DNA from: Thermoplasmatota archaeon
GTDB taxonomy: Archaea > Thermoplasmatota > E2 > JACPAO01 > JAHFTW01
DNA: 59,693 bases
Direction: 5' to 3'
Assembly: GCA_041601615.1 (NCBI GenBank)
Contig: JBFIHX010000015.1
Span: 1 to 59,693 of the forward strand
The notes below the pieces were generated by a model. It saw only the letters and a program-made list of their open reading frames with translations. It made no database searches and was not told where the DNA came from. Below, piece by piece: positions 33,844 through 44,510 of the stretch. Both the position numbers and the translations under genes were made by a program. Position 1 is the stretch's first letter; every line of letters begins with the position of its first letter.

Positions 33844-36800
33844 CTACCTCCGGGTCACGGCGATGAGCACAACGAACAGCCCGGCCACCAGGATGAACAA
33901 GCCACCGATGTACCAGTATTGCTGGATGCTGCGCACGAACTCGGAAACCGTGTCGATTTGGTTGCCGCCGGTTTGTGCTGCGGGGTCGTAGAAGTGGTCG
34001 TCCTTGCCGTCGCGGTTGGCGTCGTAGGTCCAGTCCAGGAAGCCGTCGCCGTTGACGTCGCGCTCTACCTTGATGGGGACACCCTTGGTCTTGCCGGCGG
34101 GGATGAAGTAGTCCGGGACGCCGTCGCCGTCCGTGTCAAACACGTCGTCGAGTTTGCCGTCGCCATCCACATCCACCTTGGTCACTTGCACGAGTTTGCC
34201 ATTCTTGGTAAACAGGATGGTCTCGTCTGCGTCGACGAGTCCGTTGCCGTTCTTGTCGACCACAAAGTCGAGGGTGCCGTCGTTGTCCACGTCCCGCGCC
34301 AGCAGGCCCGTGAAGGTGCCTTGGGCGAGGTTGTAGACTGCGTCGAGGTTGCCGTTGCCGGAGGTGTCGACGAAGTAGTCAGGCACACCGTCTGCATCGA
34401 TGTCCTTGAAGATCAGGATGCGGTGGCTGTGGCGGTCGTCCGGGTCCCAGTACAGGTCGGGCAGGCCGTCGCCGGTATCGTCGAGGAATAGATCTGCTCG
34501 CCCATCACCAAAGTCACCGCGGGGCGACACGTCGCCATCGATGAACAAGTTGGTCACCGTGACGACTGTGCCGTTTACGGTGGTCTTGGTGCTGTGGCGG
34601 GCCAGGCCTTCGGCGTTCAGGAACCGCACGAGGTTGGCGGGCTTGGTCTGTGTTCCAGCGTTGGTGACGGCGTCGCGGAATTCCTCGAAGCCGTTGCTGG
34701 ATTTGCCGTCGCGGTCGATGGCGTATTCGACGATGCCGTCGCCGTCCACGTCGCGGGCGCGGTAGTCCAAGATCTTCACGTCGAAGGTGGAGGTTGCCTT
34801 GGTCGGTGCGTTCGGGACGCTGGTGAAGTCGACCTTCACAGGTACGGTTACCTTGGGGGCGATGGAGGGGCCGACCTTGACCGTCACCGTGATGTCCTTG
34901 TTCTTGCCGGGTTGCAGCTCGAAACTGGAGGGCATGACGGCGATGTCCACGATGCTGCCATAGGCTGCCTGGGCGGCCGCTCCGACGAGGCCGGAGGAGG
35001 CAAACACCGCTTCGGGCAAGGTGCCGTTGTTGTAGACGGTGGTGGTGAAGGTACGGGTCTCGCCGGGAGCCAGGGACGCTGTGGGCGTGCCGTTGCGCAC
35101 CTCCAGCTTGAATACGCCGATCTCGGCACTCAGGGCCATTTGGTCGAACTCACTGGGGTCGACGGTGCTGGTGGCAAAGAGCAGGAAATCGATGCGTTCG
35201 CCAGGGGCGGCGGTGGCTGGGCTCGAAACGATGACGTCTACGACGCGGCTTTCCAGGGGCGCTAGGCTCAGGATGGGCGGGTCATAGTCGATGCTCCAGC
35301 CAGCCTTGCCGGGCTCCGTGTTGGATAACTCCACGAGGTCCGAGCTGAGGCCGCGGTTCTCCACGCGAATGGGGTACACCACGTCGCCGCCGGGCAGTGT
35401 TGCCCGGGCCACGTCGGGATTCTCAAGGACCAGTGCAACGCCCACGTCGTCTTGCAGGTTCATGATGATGTCCCCGCTGGCGATGAAGTCGGCGTTGGTT
35501 ACGCAGTTGTCCTGAGTGTTCAGACACACATCCACGATCAACGGCACACTGCTGGTGCCGATGGCACCCACTGGAGCCGTGATGGCGAAAGCGGCCTGCG
35601 AGATGAAGCCCGATTGGTGCGGACCCAGGGAGCCGGTGGCCACGGGGGACCCGACGGTCCAGCCGCTGGGTAGCTTGGCACGGTCCACGCGGAAGGTGAT
35701 TGGGTCGCCTTGGCTTGCAGTGGCGACGATCGCCTCCACGTCCACGTTTTGGGGCGTGCCCCGGTCTCGAATCAGGACGCTGCTGCTGCCGCCTGCGGCT
35801 CGGACGATGACGCCGGTGTCCTCGATGACGTTGACGCGGAAGGTCAATGTCACGGGGCCCAGGCTCGGGTCGCTGCTCGTGACCAGTGCGGTGAACACCT
35901 CAGAGGTGCCGACCACTACATCCGTGGGCACTTGGACGCGCAGGAAGGCGTCGAGGCGGTTCGTGGCGGGCACGAACACTTGATCGTCGATGCTGAAGCG
36001 GGGCTTGTAGTCGCGGTTGCCACTGGTCAACACGACGCTGTATGTGTCGTCTCGGGTTCCCTTGTTGTCGATGTAGAAGGGCAGGTTGACCTCTTGGCCC
36101 GGTTCCGCCGACCGTGCGCCGACGGTGGGAGCGGAGCCGAACAGGCGCTCGCCCACCAGTTTGGTGGTAAAGCTCAGAGACTCAGTCTTCAGGCCGTCGT
36201 CCTTGCTGACCACGGTGACACCGTGGGTGAGCGAGGAGCCGACGCTTGCGGTGGCGCTGGGCTTGACGACAAGGTCGAACACCACTTCGGCGTAGGAGTC
36301 CATGTCTCGGCAAGTCCAGGTGCGCGACTGGGCCGCAGCCTGGGTATTTTGGCAACCGGAGTAGGTCGACTTGGTGCTCAGGTCTGCGCGGTATTCGAGG
36401 GAGTAGTCCGCAGCGCCGCCGTTGGAGGCGACGGTGCTGAAGGAAAGGGTGTCCTTCTCGTTGCCTTCGTTGCGAGCGACCACTTGGTAGCGCACTTCTT
36501 GGAAAGCCTGGTTCTTGAGCTCCGATTCCTTGGATGCTGGGGTCACGACGTTGGTTTTGAGGTTGAGCGCGGGTTCCAGGGACAAGCCGTGGATGCGGTT
36601 CGCCTGGTCGATGGTGTCCTGGCCGAAATCGCCCATCAGGAAGCCGCCAAGCATGATCTGGGACTTGGCGGTCGGTTCGCTGAGCGGCGTGGCTACGAGT
36701 CGGAAAAGAGCAGCAGGGGAAATAGCACTGTTGGAACAAAATATCCAATCTGGCACATTGTCCTGATATTCATACCCTAGCTCAACCCATCGTTCCACCG

Positions 36801-39453
36801 TCTGCCCGGCGGGAACAACAAAAGTTTCCAATTGAGCACCGGCCTTCTGATGTTCATCTTCGCCTGCTCCGGTTGCAACTCCATTGAGTTTGGCGTCACC
36901 GGTCTTGGCATAGTCGACTCTCCAGAATTCAGGATTGGCGCCCGTATCACAAGCACCTGAACTTGGCCAAGTCACGGTTATGCCGTTGAGTGTCCCTTTC
37001 TCCCAGTCTCCGCGCAAGCTGTAGGTCTCATCCACGGGACCGTTGTTGGTGAACCGGAGGCGGTACAGACTCGCAAGCGAGGCGTCCGAATCGTCCTTAG
37101 CGCAATCGCCTCCGTAGTCGTAGCCAAGAAATGGGTCACGACCGGGCAGGCCACATGCCTCCTTCGGGACACGAAGCGCGTGGGTCTTCTCCACGACGGA
37201 GAAGGACAATCCGTGCTCGAGAATCACCTCGATGGGGATTTCCAGGGTGTCCACGACGGGCGCGCCTTGGTTGCCGGCGAGGCGGGCTGTGACGGGCAGG
37301 GTGATGCGCTGGCCCGGTTTGGCGTCGGCGGCGACGTTGATTTCGATGGCGAAATCCTCGATGCTGTCGGCTTCCACGAGCTTTCCGGGGGGCAAGGCGC
37401 GGGTGGTCCATCCGAGGCCGATGCCGCCGGGCAGCTTGGCTTCCACGATGTAGGTGTCCGCGCTGGTGCCAAGGTTGTGCACGAACAGGTCTTGCAGGAT
37501 CAGTTTGTCGCCAGGGTTGACCTGGACGAGAGAGGTGTCGCCAAAGAGGTCCACGGCAGGCTGTTCTTCTGCCACAATCTTGGTGGTCAGAACCAGGGTC
37601 TGCGGTTGGACTTCTTGCGTGTATTTGCTTGTGGCCGTAACGGTGATTGCGGTCTCGGCGCCGATTTGCAAATTGGCTCCGGGGGTTACGGTGAGGAGTA
37701 CTTCTTGGCCAAATTCGCTCAGCGACGGGCCTGCCGCGGGCAGGAACATGCGCGTGGCCGAGAGACTCGCGGTCCAGCCGGATCCGACACCTGTGGCTCG
37801 CAGCGTGACGGTGTCTTCTTGTGCGCCGAGGTTGCGAAGCAGGAGCCGGTACACGGTCGGTTCCTTGCGTTCGATTTCATGAATCAAGTCCGTTTCGCCG
37901 GGGCTCTCAAAGAGTTCGAAGGAGAAGCCCTTGAGGCCGACGGTGGCGGTGGTGGAACGCGCTAGTTGGAACCGAGCAGAGTAGATCTCGAAGTGGATGC
38001 TGCCGTCCGGAAGGTCCGCTCCATACAGGAAATCCTCCTTGATGAGATTCAGGCCGTCTGGGAGCGCTTCCACGACTCGGGTTCCGTCGATGGGTTTGAT
38101 GATGCGGTTCTTGATATCATCGTCGCCGGTGCGGGTGTCGTAGTAGATGTCGTTGGTGACTTCGGAGCGCCAGCGCAGTTGGAACCCGTCCTCTGCGGAA
38201 TGTACGTCCTTATTGTAGGAGCCATCGATAAGGGTTGAGGATGAGATGCCAATGCTGCCCGAGGTGTAGATTTTGGCTCCCCAGGGCAGGTCTTGGTAGT
38301 TGGTTTCGTCGGCTTCGCGGTACTTGAATCCGTTGAAGCTGGGCCAGGCGCTGCCGTGTGCGATCACGGTCTTCATGCGGCGTTGTTCCTGGCTGGTTTC
38401 CTTGGCAGACGGGAGGCCGGTGGTGAATCGGTCGTCCTTGTCATCAATCCAAGTGTTCATCGAAGCGGTGTCGGTGATGAGCCGGAAATTGGATGGGAAT
38501 TCCTTGGAGCCAAAGTGAAGTTGGCAGTTGCCGGCGGGGATTTCGTTGGCAAGTCCCACGTCGAAAACGGGGATGTATTTGCTGGGGTCAACGACGAAGT
38601 TGCGGTGGCCGTTCTCCGTGATGAAATTGCCGAGGGGGTTGAAAAGAACGGTTACGCGGAAGATTTGTTCGACGGCTCCAATGGCGGTTGTGCCTAAAAA
38701 TTGGGGTGGCAGTCGTTCGCTGGCGCCGGTGACGTAGCCACTGGAGAATGTGCCTGTGTCGGTCAGGAAGTGGTCCGTGTCTGCACCCGAACCAAAGTCG
38801 CGGTATCCTCCAAGGGTACCGTCGGGGTTGACTGCTTGGAACCGGAGGTTCACGCCAACGCCAGCTCCGACCTGCTCGGTTGCGATCTGGTTTGCGCCAC
38901 CCTCAAGGTCTGCTGAGACACAACCAACGTACAAGGTGGCCTCGGCGCCGTAGATTCGGTACGGGCGCGTGGGGTTGAGATCCATGGGCAGGGTATCGTA
39001 CTGGGTGGGGATGCGGAAGAGCGCGGTGACGTCTGCATCGGCTTCGCCCAGGGTGGCGGTGTCGACTTGCGTCCGAGTCAAGGAGACGCGCTTGTCGTTC
39101 TTGTGGAAAGGCTCGTAGAAAAGGTCCTCACCCGAGGTGGCCTCGACCGGGATGCTGTCTACTGGTGGTTCGTAGTGGAAGTAGCCCTTGCTTGCGTCGT
39201 CGTCGTTGGGCAGGTAGATGTCTCCACCGGCCGGTCCAGGCGATGGCACGACCGATGTGTCGTGGTCCAAGAAGAACGTGACCTTCTCTAGGCTGCGTTG
39301 CCAGTCTCCGTACACGTCCGATTCCGAGGCGATGATGTTCGTCTCGTAGGAGGGCGGGAGTGTCACGACGGACTGGGCGGAGACGGGGGCGGCGAGGCCG
39401 GCCGTCAGGAGCCCGAAGAGGGCAATGAAGTACAGGAACGATTGGGCGCGCAT
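33844..39453 (-). CDS. giant (1869 aa) membrane-anchored surface protein with Ig-like (NEW3-type) repeats and DxDxDG Ca-binding repeats
   Basis: Signal peptide; repeated NxG..D.Y / GW beta-sandwich units; C-terminal DVDGDG-type repeats; single C-terminal TM. Confidence 0.85.
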   Translation of the reverse strand: MRAQSFLYFIALFGLLTAGLAAPVSAQSVVTLPPSYETNIIASESDVYGDWQRSLEKVTFFLDHDTSVVPSPGPAGGDIYLPNDDDASKGYFHYEPPVDSIPVEATSGEDLFYEPFHKNDKRVSLTRTQVDTATLGEADADVTALFRIPTQYDTLPMDLNPTRPYRIYGAEATLYVGCVSADLEGGANQIATEQVGAGVGVNLRFQAVNPDGTLGGYRDFGSGADTDHFLTDTGTFSSGYVTGASERLPPQFLGTTAIGAVEQIFRVTVLFNPLGNFITENGHRNFVVDPSKYIPVFDVGLANEIPAGNCQLHFGSKEFPSNFRLITDTASMNTWIDDKDDRFTTGLPSAKETSQEQRRMKTVIAHGSAWPSFNGFKYREADETNYQDLPWGAKIYTSGSIGISSSTLIDGSYNKDVHSAEDGFQLRWRSEVTNDIYYDTRTGDDDIKNRIIKPIDGTRVVEALPDGLNLIKEDFLYGADLPDGSIHFEIYSARFQLARSTTATVGLKGFSFELFESPGETDLIHEIERKEPTVYRLLLRNLGAQEDTVTLRATGVGSGWTASLSATRMFLPAAGPSLSEFGQEVLLTVTPGANLQIGAETAITVTATSKYTQEVQPQTLVLTTKIVAEEQPAVDLFGDTSLVQVNPGDKLILQDLFVHNLGTSADTYIVEAKLPGGIGLGWTTRALPPGKLVEADSIEDFAIEINVAADAKPGQRITLPVTARLAGNQGAPVVDTLEIPIEVILEHGLSFSVVEKTHALRVPKEACGLPGRDPFLGYDYGGDCAKDDSDASLASLYRLRFTNNGPVDETYSLRGDWEKGTLNGITVTWPSSGACDTGANPEFWRVDYAKTGDAKLNGVATGAGEDEHQKAGAQLETFVVPAGQTVERWVELGYEYQDNVPDWIFCSNSAISPAALFRLVATPLSEPTAKSQIMLGGFLMGDFGQDTIDQANRIHGLSLEPALNLKTNVVTPASKESELKNQAFQEVRYQVVARNEGNEKDTLSFSTVASNGGAADYSLEYRADLSTKSTYSGCQNTQAAAQSRTWTCRDMDSYAEVVFDLVVKPSATASVGSSLTHGVTVVSKDDGLKTESLSFTTKLVGERLFGSAPTVGARSAEPGQEVNLPFYIDNKGTRDDTYSVVLTSGNRDYKPRFSIDDQVFVPATNRLDAFLRVQVPTDVVVGTSEVFTALVTSSDPSLGPVTLTFRVNVIEDTGVIVRAAGGSSSVLIRDRGTPQNVDVEAIVATASQGDPITFRVDRAKLPSGWTVGSPVATGSLGPHQSGFISQAAFAITAPVGAIGTSSVPLIVDVCLNTQDNCVTNADFIASGDIIMNLQDDVGVALVLENPDVARATLPGGDVVYPIRVENRGLSSDLVELSNTEPGKAGWSIDYDPPILSLAPLESRVVDVIVSSPATAAPGERIDFLLFATSTVDPSEFDQMALSAEIGVFKLEVRNGTPTASLAPGETRTFTTTVYNNGTLPEAVFASSGLVGAAAQAAYGSIVDIAVMPSSFELQPGKNKDITVTVKVGPSIAPKVTVPVKVDFTSVPNAPTKATSTFDVKILDYRARDVDGDGIVEYAIDRDGKSSNGFEEFRDAVTNAGTQTKPANLVRFLNAEGLARHSTKTTVNGTVVTVTNLFIDGDVSPRGDFGDGRADLFLDDTGDGLPDLYWDPDDRHSHRILIFKDIDADGVPDYFVDTSGNGNLDAVYNLAQGTFTGLLARDVDNDGTLDFVVDKNGNGLVDADETILFTKNGKLVQVTKVDVDGDGKLDDVFDTDGDGVPDYFIPAGKTKGVPIKVERDVNGDGFLDWTYDANRDGKDDHFYDPAAQTGGNQIDTVSEFVRSIQQYWYIGGLFILVAGLFVVLIAVTRR

Positions 39454-39570
39454 GGATTCTCCTGGCGGGGGTCGCCCCCCGTTGTGGACTTGCCGTTCCT
39501 TTCAGGGTAGATATCCTTTACGGTCCTGCAGCCCGGGTTTGCCAGTCCGGAGCCGCAGGGACCGGGATTT

Positions 39571-41874
39571 CTAGACGAGGCGAACCCTGCGGCGGGCGAC
39601 CCACGCGGCGGCGCCGAGGGCCACCAGAAGCACCACGGAGGGGATGCCTGGGCTCTCTTCAGTCTCTGGCGGCACGATGACGCGTTCTTCCACGGTAACG
39701 AGCATGGTGTCCTCGGAAGGATCGAGTGGGTCACCGTACCCGACTGCGTGCATGAGCACGAGGAAGGGCGCGCCCAATTCTTCGCCTAAGGGGATGTTGA
39801 TGGTCGCCTTGATGGTGCGGGAGCTCTGGGCGGGAATATCCTTGACGGCGGCCGTGGTGAGTCCGAAGTCAAAGGTGCCCGTCCAGCCAGGAGGCAATTC
39901 GCCAAAGGTGACGTCGGCGCCGTCGGCGGTATTGCCGGAGTTGGTGACGGTCACGTTGAACGTTTTGCTCTCTCCGTCGATGATGGTGATGCCCGACGGG
40001 ATTTCTAGGGTGACGCCGAACACCGCACCTACGACGGCACGCAGTTGGATGGGGTCATCGAAGCCGTCCATGCGGACAGTGATGGTCGCTTCATCCAATT
40101 CCAGCGCGTCGGCAGGGGGAGTCACGGTGACATCGAGGTCGGCGGTGGCGCCGGGCATGATTTTTCCGGTGCCTTTGGTGAACTCGGCTTTCCATGCTCC
40201 GTCGCTCACGGACAGTTTGACCGGGGCCTTGACTTCGGTGTTGCCTTTGTTGATGACGGCAAGTTCGAAGGTTCCGGGTTCGCCGGCGTTGACGGAGAGC
40301 GTTAGGGGTTTGCCTTGTTTGACATCCATTTCCCAGCCTACAACAGTGGCAAGCGACACGTCAGCGCGGTGCGTGGTGGCAACACCTTCGGGGTCCAATG
40401 TCTCAAAGACCAGTTGGTAGCCGCCCGGCGACGCGGTGGCCGACGGAGTGACTGCAACTTTGACTTCGAGGGTCTGGTTGGGAGCTACGACCACGTTGGC
40501 GCTGGCGGGCACGGCGGTCCAGCCCGGCAACGGCTTGGAAATGAGCGGCGTGGTCAGGAGGCGGTTGCCATCGTTGCGCACTTTCAGGGTCAATTCGGCG
40601 GTTTCGCCGGGGACCATGGTGGGGTGGTCTCCGGTGATGTTGACAGCGTAGATGGCGTCGAACAGGACGATGCGGCCCGGGTGTGGGACTAGGACTTGTT
40701 GGCCGTCGCTTCGAAGCGCGACCGTCCCTAGGTTGTCTTTTTGTTCGCTCTTCCACAGGGGGTAGACTTGGTTGTCGTGTCGCCCGAAGAGGTGCAGATT
40801 GTCGCCTGCGAGAACTGCTGCGACTTCTCCAGTGCCATTCAGGGTGATTTGCTTGGCGGGGGCGCCGATGTTGGTTTCGCCAAGGACTTGGAACACGTTG
40901 CTGGTAACGTCGTACTTGCCCATGCCGAAGGTGCCGGCTTGGTTGCTCCATGCGATGTACTTGCCGTCGTCGGTGATGGCGACGGCGGTGATGGATGAGT
41001 CTTGGCGGCGGATGTTCAGTTTTTGATCGTCGGCAGTGGTGCTGTCCACGTGGATGGTGAGCCTGCCGTTCGTGGTGCCGGTGACGGATGTGTGTGCGAC
41101 GTTGGAGGCGACTGCGACGCTTGCGCCTTTCCCGACGAACGAATCGTCCACCACGGCGGGGTCCGTGGAGTCGGCAAAGAAGCGGATGAACTCCTCATTG
41201 GCGATGGCCACGAACACTTTGCCGTCTTCCGAGAGGTCGAGACCTACGGGTTCGGCGCTCAGTTCTTTGGCGTTGGCCCAGGGTGTGATGGATCCGTCGG
41301 AGTTCCAGCCGAAGTACCGAACGTGCCACTTGATGGGGCTGCCTTGGTATGCGATGGCGACGGCGCTGCCGTCTTCGGCGAGGTCGAGGTATTTGATTGG
41401 GCCGTTGGCGGTAAATTCAAACCGTGTTGGGGTGCCGGAGACGGGTTGGAACAGGAGTACATTCTTGTTTTCCTCAGCGCGGCCAGTGGCGACGAGGCGG
41501 GTTCCGAGGGCGTTGCTTGCGACTTTGAGGGTGTCTGTCGAGCAGTTGTCAGCGGGGAGCCCTTGGCTTGGTTCGCGACAAGCTGCAGGGTCCACGTCAC
41601 CGGTTTCGATTTCGTTCGAGGTCCCGGGGTCGACGAGGAACCAGGTTGCTTCTGCGGCGCCGGGGGGCGAGGGATCTCCGGGGAGTGTCGGCGGGTTGGG
41701 CGTGTTGCTTCCCAGGTCTTTGATGCCGTACAGGATGCGGCCGTTGTCGCTGGACATGGTGGCGGCGAGAATGCCGCTCTCCGTAATCACGTCGTGACCG
41801 TTGGGGTTGGTGGCAGCGCTGGCCATTGGCGCAGCAAGGAGCAGCAGGAGCAGGAGGGTTGGTCGAAGTCGCAT
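39571..41874 (-). CDS. secreted beta-propeller + NEW3-like repeat protein with PG-CTERM-like anchor
   Basis: Signal peptide; S/TxDG propeller blades; NxGN Ig-like repeats; ESPG-TM-RRR. Confidence 0.82.
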   Translation of the reverse strand: MRLRPTLLLLLLLAAPMASAATNPNGHDVITESGILAATMSSDNGRILYGIKDLGSNTPNPPTLPGDPSPPGAAEATWFLVDPGTSNEIETGDVDPAACREPSQGLPADNCSTDTLKVASNALGTRLVATGRAEENKNVLLFQPVSGTPTRFEFTANGPIKYLDLAEDGSAVAIAYQGSPIKWHVRYFGWNSDGSITPWANAKELSAEPVGLDLSEDGKVFVAIANEEFIRFFADSTDPAVVDDSFVGKGASVAVASNVAHTSVTGTTNGRLTIHVDSTTADDQKLNIRRQDSSITAVAITDDGKYIAWSNQAGTFGMGKYDVTSNVFQVLGETNIGAPAKQITLNGTGEVAAVLAGDNLHLFGRHDNQVYPLWKSEQKDNLGTVALRSDGQQVLVPHPGRIVLFDAIYAVNITGDHPTMVPGETAELTLKVRNDGNRLLTTPLISKPLPGWTAVPASANVVVAPNQTLEVKVAVTPSATASPGGYQLVFETLDPEGVATTHRADVSLATVVGWEMDVKQGKPLTLSVNAGEPGTFELAVINKGNTEVKAPVKLSVSDGAWKAEFTKGTGKIMPGATADLDVTVTPPADALELDEATITVRMDGFDDPIQLRAVVGAVFGVTLEIPSGITIIDGESKTFNVTVTNSGNTADGADVTFGELPPGWTGTFDFGLTTAAVKDIPAQSSRTIKATINIPLGEELGAPFLVLMHAVGYGDPLDPSEDTMLVTVEERVIVPPETEESPGIPSVVLLVALGAAAWVARRRVRLV

Positions 41875-41947
41875 GGGCCCATACTCCAGTTCCCTACCAA
41901 AAAGAAAACCGTTCTGGTCCTATCAGGACAACGCAAAAGCGATACTT

Positions 41948-42682
41948 CTAGGCCAATCGCAGGGTTTCACACATCCGATTGCGTACCGAAACCAACGTAG
42001 CCACATTGTCGAAATCATTGAACACGTTGGATTCATGTGCGGCGCGTGCCAGGAGAACGAGCGCCCGACTCAGTTCGTCGACAATGGTGACATGGGCGCT
42101 GCGCGCGGTGCGGCTCAATGGATTCAAGTCGATGGTGATCACGGTTTTTCCCATGGCCACGAGGGCTTGGCACCGATCGCCGTCCTCTAAGGGCACGAGA
42201 ACCACGTCGGCGCCGCCTATTCCGGCTTCGCAGCACAATGCGCGGTCCGAGGCGAGGCCTGGAATCTGAGCGTCCGGCTCCCGGCCAAGCACCGATCCAG
42301 CGGGGGCTCCTGCGGCCTCCACGGCGGCCACGAGCCGATCGATGCGTTCTGGCGTGCGGTGAAACAGGTTCACTTCGAGCCGCAAGTGCGGAAATGCCGC
42401 CATGAGGGCGACGCAACCGGGCGCATCGAGGGCGACCACATTGCCGTTGAGCGACAACACGGGCTGGCGGGCCTCCAGGAGAACCCGGGCGGCTTCGGTG
42501 GCGGCGGCAACCGCCTCCGGTGGCGATTGTTCGCCGAGCAAGTAGTCAAATGCCTCACCGCGACCATGTGCGATAAGGCCAGTTGCGTGTACTAGGCCGT
42601 CCTCCACTGCTTGTTTCATGCGCTCACGCACGCGCAGGCTGCGGGCACGGGGATGATCGTCCGGGATGTTGGTTGCCGTCAC
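41948..42682 (-). CDS. phosphopantothenate synthetase (archaeal PPS)
   Basis: HPRARSL, GLIAHGRGEAFDYLLGE, EVNLFHRT, VPLEDGDR, IDLNPLSRT; GTG overlapping the nadC stop. Confidence 0.93.
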   Translation of the reverse strand: MTATNIPDDHPRARSLRVRERMKQAVEDGLVHATGLIAHGRGEAFDYLLGEQSPPEAVAAATEAARVLLEARQPVLSLNGNVVALDAPGCVALMAAFPHLRLEVNLFHRTPERIDRLVAAVEAAGAPAGSVLGREPDAQIPGLASDRALCCEAGIGGADVVLVPLEDGDRCQALVAMGKTVITIDLNPLSRTARSAHVTIVDELSRALVLLARAAHESNVFNDFDNVATLVSVRNRMCETLRLA

Positions 42683-43509
42683 GAGTGTACCTCCCAATCG
42701 AGGGCGAAATCCATGCAGCGTGCATCACGAGTCAGCGCGCCGATGCTGACGCGGTCAGCCCAGCCATATTCGACGACCCCCTCGGGCGTGATTCCGCCGC
42801 TTGCCTCCACCTTGACTCCTGGATGTGCCGCCCAAATCGCTTCGGCCCAGGCGCGGCCGGTTTCGGGCGATTGGTTGTCGATGAGAATCCAGTGCGCCCC
42901 CTCGGCCGCTGCCAGAAGTGCATCGGCTAGCGATTCCACCTCGACCTCCACAAGAAGATCTGGATGGGAGGCCTGTACTGCGCGGATCGCCGCCTGCAAA
43001 TCGCCCGCCGCTTCCCGGTGGTTGTCCTTGATCATCGCCGCATCAAACAAACCCATGCGGTGCGGGTCGCCGCCTGCAATTCGAATCGCTTCCTTCTCAA
43101 ACAAACGGAAACCGGGCGTGGTCTTGCGCGTACCTGCCACGAGCGCCGGGCAGCACGCGGCGCCAAGTGCTTCCATGCAGCCTCGAGTCAGCGTTGCGAC
43201 GCCACACATGCGACCAAAAAGATTGAGGGCAGTTCGCTCGGCCGACAAAAGTGCGCGGACCGGGCCCGTGACTTCGAGGATCACATCTCCCGCGTCGACC
43301 CAATGGCCGTCCTGGCGCAGCACCGATACCACGGCACCCAGTCGCTCGAATATTTCGGCTGCTCGCGCCGAGCCCGCGACAAACGCTCGTTCCCGGGCCA
43401 CCAATCGCGCAGATCCCACGGCATCGGCGGCAAAAATGGCGTGGCTTGTCACGTCCCCCGCGTCGGCAAGGTCCTCTTCGAGGTACAATCCGATCCAATC
43501 AGGGGCCAC
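42679..43509 (-). CDS. nadC: nicotinate-nucleotide pyrophosphorylase (carboxylating)
   Basis: EEDL..GDVTS, ERTALN, TRKTTPG, HRMGLFD, IKDNH, EVEVES, EASGGI; start estimated. Confidence 0.92.
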   Translation of the reverse strand: MAPDWIGLYLEEDLADAGDVTSHAIFAADAVGSARLVARERAFVAGSARAAEIFERLGAVVSVLRQDGHWVDAGDVILEVTGPVRALLSAERTALNLFGRMCGVATLTRGCMEALGAACCPALVAGTRKTTPGFRLFEKEAIRIAGGDPHRMGLFDAAMIKDNHREAAGDLQAAIRAVQASHPDLLVEVEVESLADALLAAAEGAHWILIDNQSPETGRAWAEAIWAAHPGVKVEASGGITPEGVVEYGWADRVSIGALTRDARCMDFALDWEVHS

Positions 43510-43640
43510 GGCGGCGCCACCGGGCCTGGCGTGATGAAGGATGCGGACGGGCGCGGTGCTATCGGCGTCCCCCTCGTGCCGTCGACCTCGCCGCTGCCGC
43601 CGCCCGCCGCCGTTAAGGACCCGCGCCGCGTCCAACGCTT

Positions 43641-44405
43641 GTGCGCATCGGCATCGTCGGTTGCGGAGCCATCGGATCAGAGATTGCCCGTGCCGCCGTG
43701 GACATGGACGGCGTGACCAGCGTCTGCCTCTTTGACTTGGATCCAGACGCCATCACGCTCCTGTCGGACGTAGAGGCACACGTCGCCGAATCTGCGGAGG
43801 CGCTGCTTGAACACAGCGACATGGTGATCGAATGCGCCAACAAGGGTGTGGTCCAGACCGTGGTGCGCGACGCGCTTGCCGCGGGCAAAAAGGCGATGGT
43901 GCTGACCGTGGGCGCACTTTCCGACAACGAACTGCGCCGAGAACTCACGGAGCTTGCCCGCAAGCATGCCACCAAATTGTATGTCCCGAGCGGCGCCGTC
44001 ATGGGCATCGACGGACTCAAGGCAGCGGCAGAGGCGAATCTCAAGGCGGTCACGCTGGTCACCACGAAACCCAACGCCGGCCTCGACCGGGACGTGGACA
44101 AATGGACGCTGCTGTTCAATGGTCCCGCCCGAGAAGCCGTGGCCAAATTCCCCAAAAACGTCAACGTGGCGGCGACGCTCTCCATGTGCGGCCTCGGATT
44201 CGACAAAACCTGGGTGCAAGTGGCCGTGGATCCACTCGCGAGCCGCAACAGCCACAAAGTCATCGTCGAAGGCGATTTTGGCCGAGCAAGGATTGAGGTA
44301 GAAAATCAGCCCAGTCCCGAGAATCCCCGAACGAGTCTGCTTGCGAGCCTGTCGGCAATAGCCCTCCTGCGGCGGATTCTCTCGCCCATAGAAATTGGAG
44401 CCTGA
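43641..44405 (+). CDS. nadX: L-aspartate dehydrogenase
   Basis: GCGAIG, ECA, PSGA, AREAVAKFPKNVNVA, NPRTS. Confidence 0.93.
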   Translation: MRIGIVGCGAIGSEIARAAVDMDGVTSVCLFDLDPDAITLLSDVEAHVAESAEALLEHSDMVIECANKGVVQTVVRDALAAGKKAMVLTVGALSDNELRRELTELARKHATKLYVPSGAVMGIDGLKAAAEANLKAVTLVTTKPNAGLDRDVDKWTLLFNGPAREAVAKFPKNVNVAATLSMCGLGFDKTWVQVAVDPLASRNSHKVIVEGDFGRARIEVENQPSPENPRTSLLASLSAIALLRRILSPIEIGA

Positions 44406-44510
44406 ACGGCCTCCCGCCCCCGTCCCGGGTGGGCGTGCTACGGTGGGAATGCTGAATCATTTCAACGAAGCTGGGAGAAAACCCATATAGCGCGAGGCAA
44501 GTCGAACCGC

